18,796 nucleotides of DNA from Thainema sp. (GTDB taxonomy: Bacteria; Cyanobacteriota; Cyanobacteriia; Phormidesmidales; Phormidesmidaceae): assembly GCA_052168235.1 (NCBI GenBank), contig JBQLZK010000018.1, positions 85,943 through 104,738 of the forward strand. Reading direction: 5' to 3'. The notes under the pieces are model-generated. The model saw nothing but the letters and a program-made list of their open reading frames with translations. It did not search any database and was not told the DNA's origin. Each line of letters starts with the position of its first letter. The first letter of the stretch is position 1. The position numbers and the translations under genes were made by a program. Below, piece by piece: positions 18,197-18,796 of this stretch.

Positions 18197-18433
18197 TTAA
18201 TTGCTAATTGCTTTTGATTTTTTAGGAGGATATAGACTATCACCTCTAGATCTATTGCACTCTAGGCAGGAAAGACGGAGATTTTCTAAAGAGTTCGATC
18301 CACCTTTACTGCGAGGTACAAGATGATCCAGTGTCAATTTTTTGAGCGGTAAATGTATCTCACACCACCAGCAAGACAGCCCATATATACGAGCAAGATG
18401 CTGCTTTTTACCTTGTCTCCGCTTCGGATTCAT
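18197..18433 (-). CDS. Small HNH endonuclease (78 aa, zinc-binding McrA/HNH type)
   Basis: CWWC, TLDHLVPRSKGGSNSLENLRLSCLECNRSRG; ATG 18433 (ORF track TTG 18448). Confidence 0.9.
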   Translation of the reverse strand: MNPKRRQGKKQHLARIYGLSCWWCEIHLPLKKLTLDHLVPRSKGGSNSLENLRLSCLECNRSRGDSLYPPKKSKAISN

Positions 18434-18487
18434 ATTTCGCCATTCCAATGTTTAAGTGAACTAGCATCGGAATATCAATAAGCATGC

Positions 18488-18511
18488 AAAAAATGCGCTC
18501 CTTGAGCAACA
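18488..18511 (-). terminator. Putative weak intrinsic terminator/attenuator upstream of HNH
   Basis: Minus-strand UGU(U)GCUC-AAG-GAGCGCA followed by UUUUUU. Confidence 0.4.
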
Positions 18512-18524
18512 AATTATTTCTTGC

Positions 18525-18702
18525 ACTTAAAGTAAACGTCTCAAGCGCACTACCTCCAAGCCTCAAACCAGCGCACATCCAAGGTGCTGAGCCAGCCATT
18601 CATTTGAGAAATTTCTCTTGCTTAAACCAATGCCAGATCAACACACTGGACATGCATTAGTCTGAGGCGCAGAGGTAGTACCCATGAGACGAACACCTAA
18701 GC
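18525..18702 (-). ncRNA. Unannotated long rod-like RNA hairpin (~75-nt arms, 28-nt loop region)
   Basis: Arms 18702-18629 and 18600-18525 pair almost continuously on the minus strand with ~14 G-U pairs. Examples: CGUCUCA/UGAGACG, GUACUACCUCU/GGAGGUAGUGC, GCCUCAGACUA/UGGUUUGAGGC and UGCAUGUCCA/UGGAUGUGCG. Confidence 0.75.
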
Positions 18703-18796
18703 TTTAGATATTCGTCTACATGATTCCATCAAAGCATATGCATTGGTTCTTCCGGGTTTAAGGTGAATTTCGTATACTAGGCGACAACCAGTAGAC

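Noticed and set aside
18408..18599. 63-aa minus-strand ORF upstream of HNH
   Set aside because: It runs through the 3' arm of the long hairpin and the terminator-like element with no protein motif; the RNA structure explains the sequence better, although a leader peptide cannot be fully excluded.
18197..18796. IscB/Cas9/HEARO or group II intron assignment for HNH plus upstream RNA
   Set aside because: The HNH is only 78 aa with no PLMP, RuvC or RT domain, and the RNA is a simple rod rather than a multi-domain fold I can recognise.

Overview
Cyanobacterial chromosomal window: it carries petB/petD and ctpA, and about 20 HIP1 GCGATCGC sites counted by eye. The middle (about 1.9-17.3 kb) is mostly ordinary core or semi-core content: a DUF6653-like membrane protein, a fasciclin lipoprotein, petD-petB divergent from ctpA-HD hydrolase, an MBL-fold protein, an M50 protease, a coiled-coil protein, a GAF/PAS/cyanobacteriochrome GGDEF-EAL protein and a Tat-exported GH10-like hydrolase. 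Both ends are more interesting. Left end: a NACHT (NLR-like) NTPase missing from the ORF track (minus strand, 1284 to off-window) and the small gene just upstream share a gapless 21-aa Q/N-rich motif ending in QAGRD. This points to an amyloid-signalling receptor/effector pair, with the motif unusually at the effector N-terminus. Right end: an AT-rich, HIP1-free minus-strand module. It consists of a 178-nt rod-like RNA hairpin whose ~14 G-U pairs work only on the minus strand, then a terminator-like hairpin and a hairpin over the translation-initiation region, a 78-aa HNH nuclease, a structured leader and a paralogous RNase III. This is a candidate dsRNA/RNase III/HNH system. All functional interpretations are inferences from reading the sequence by hand.
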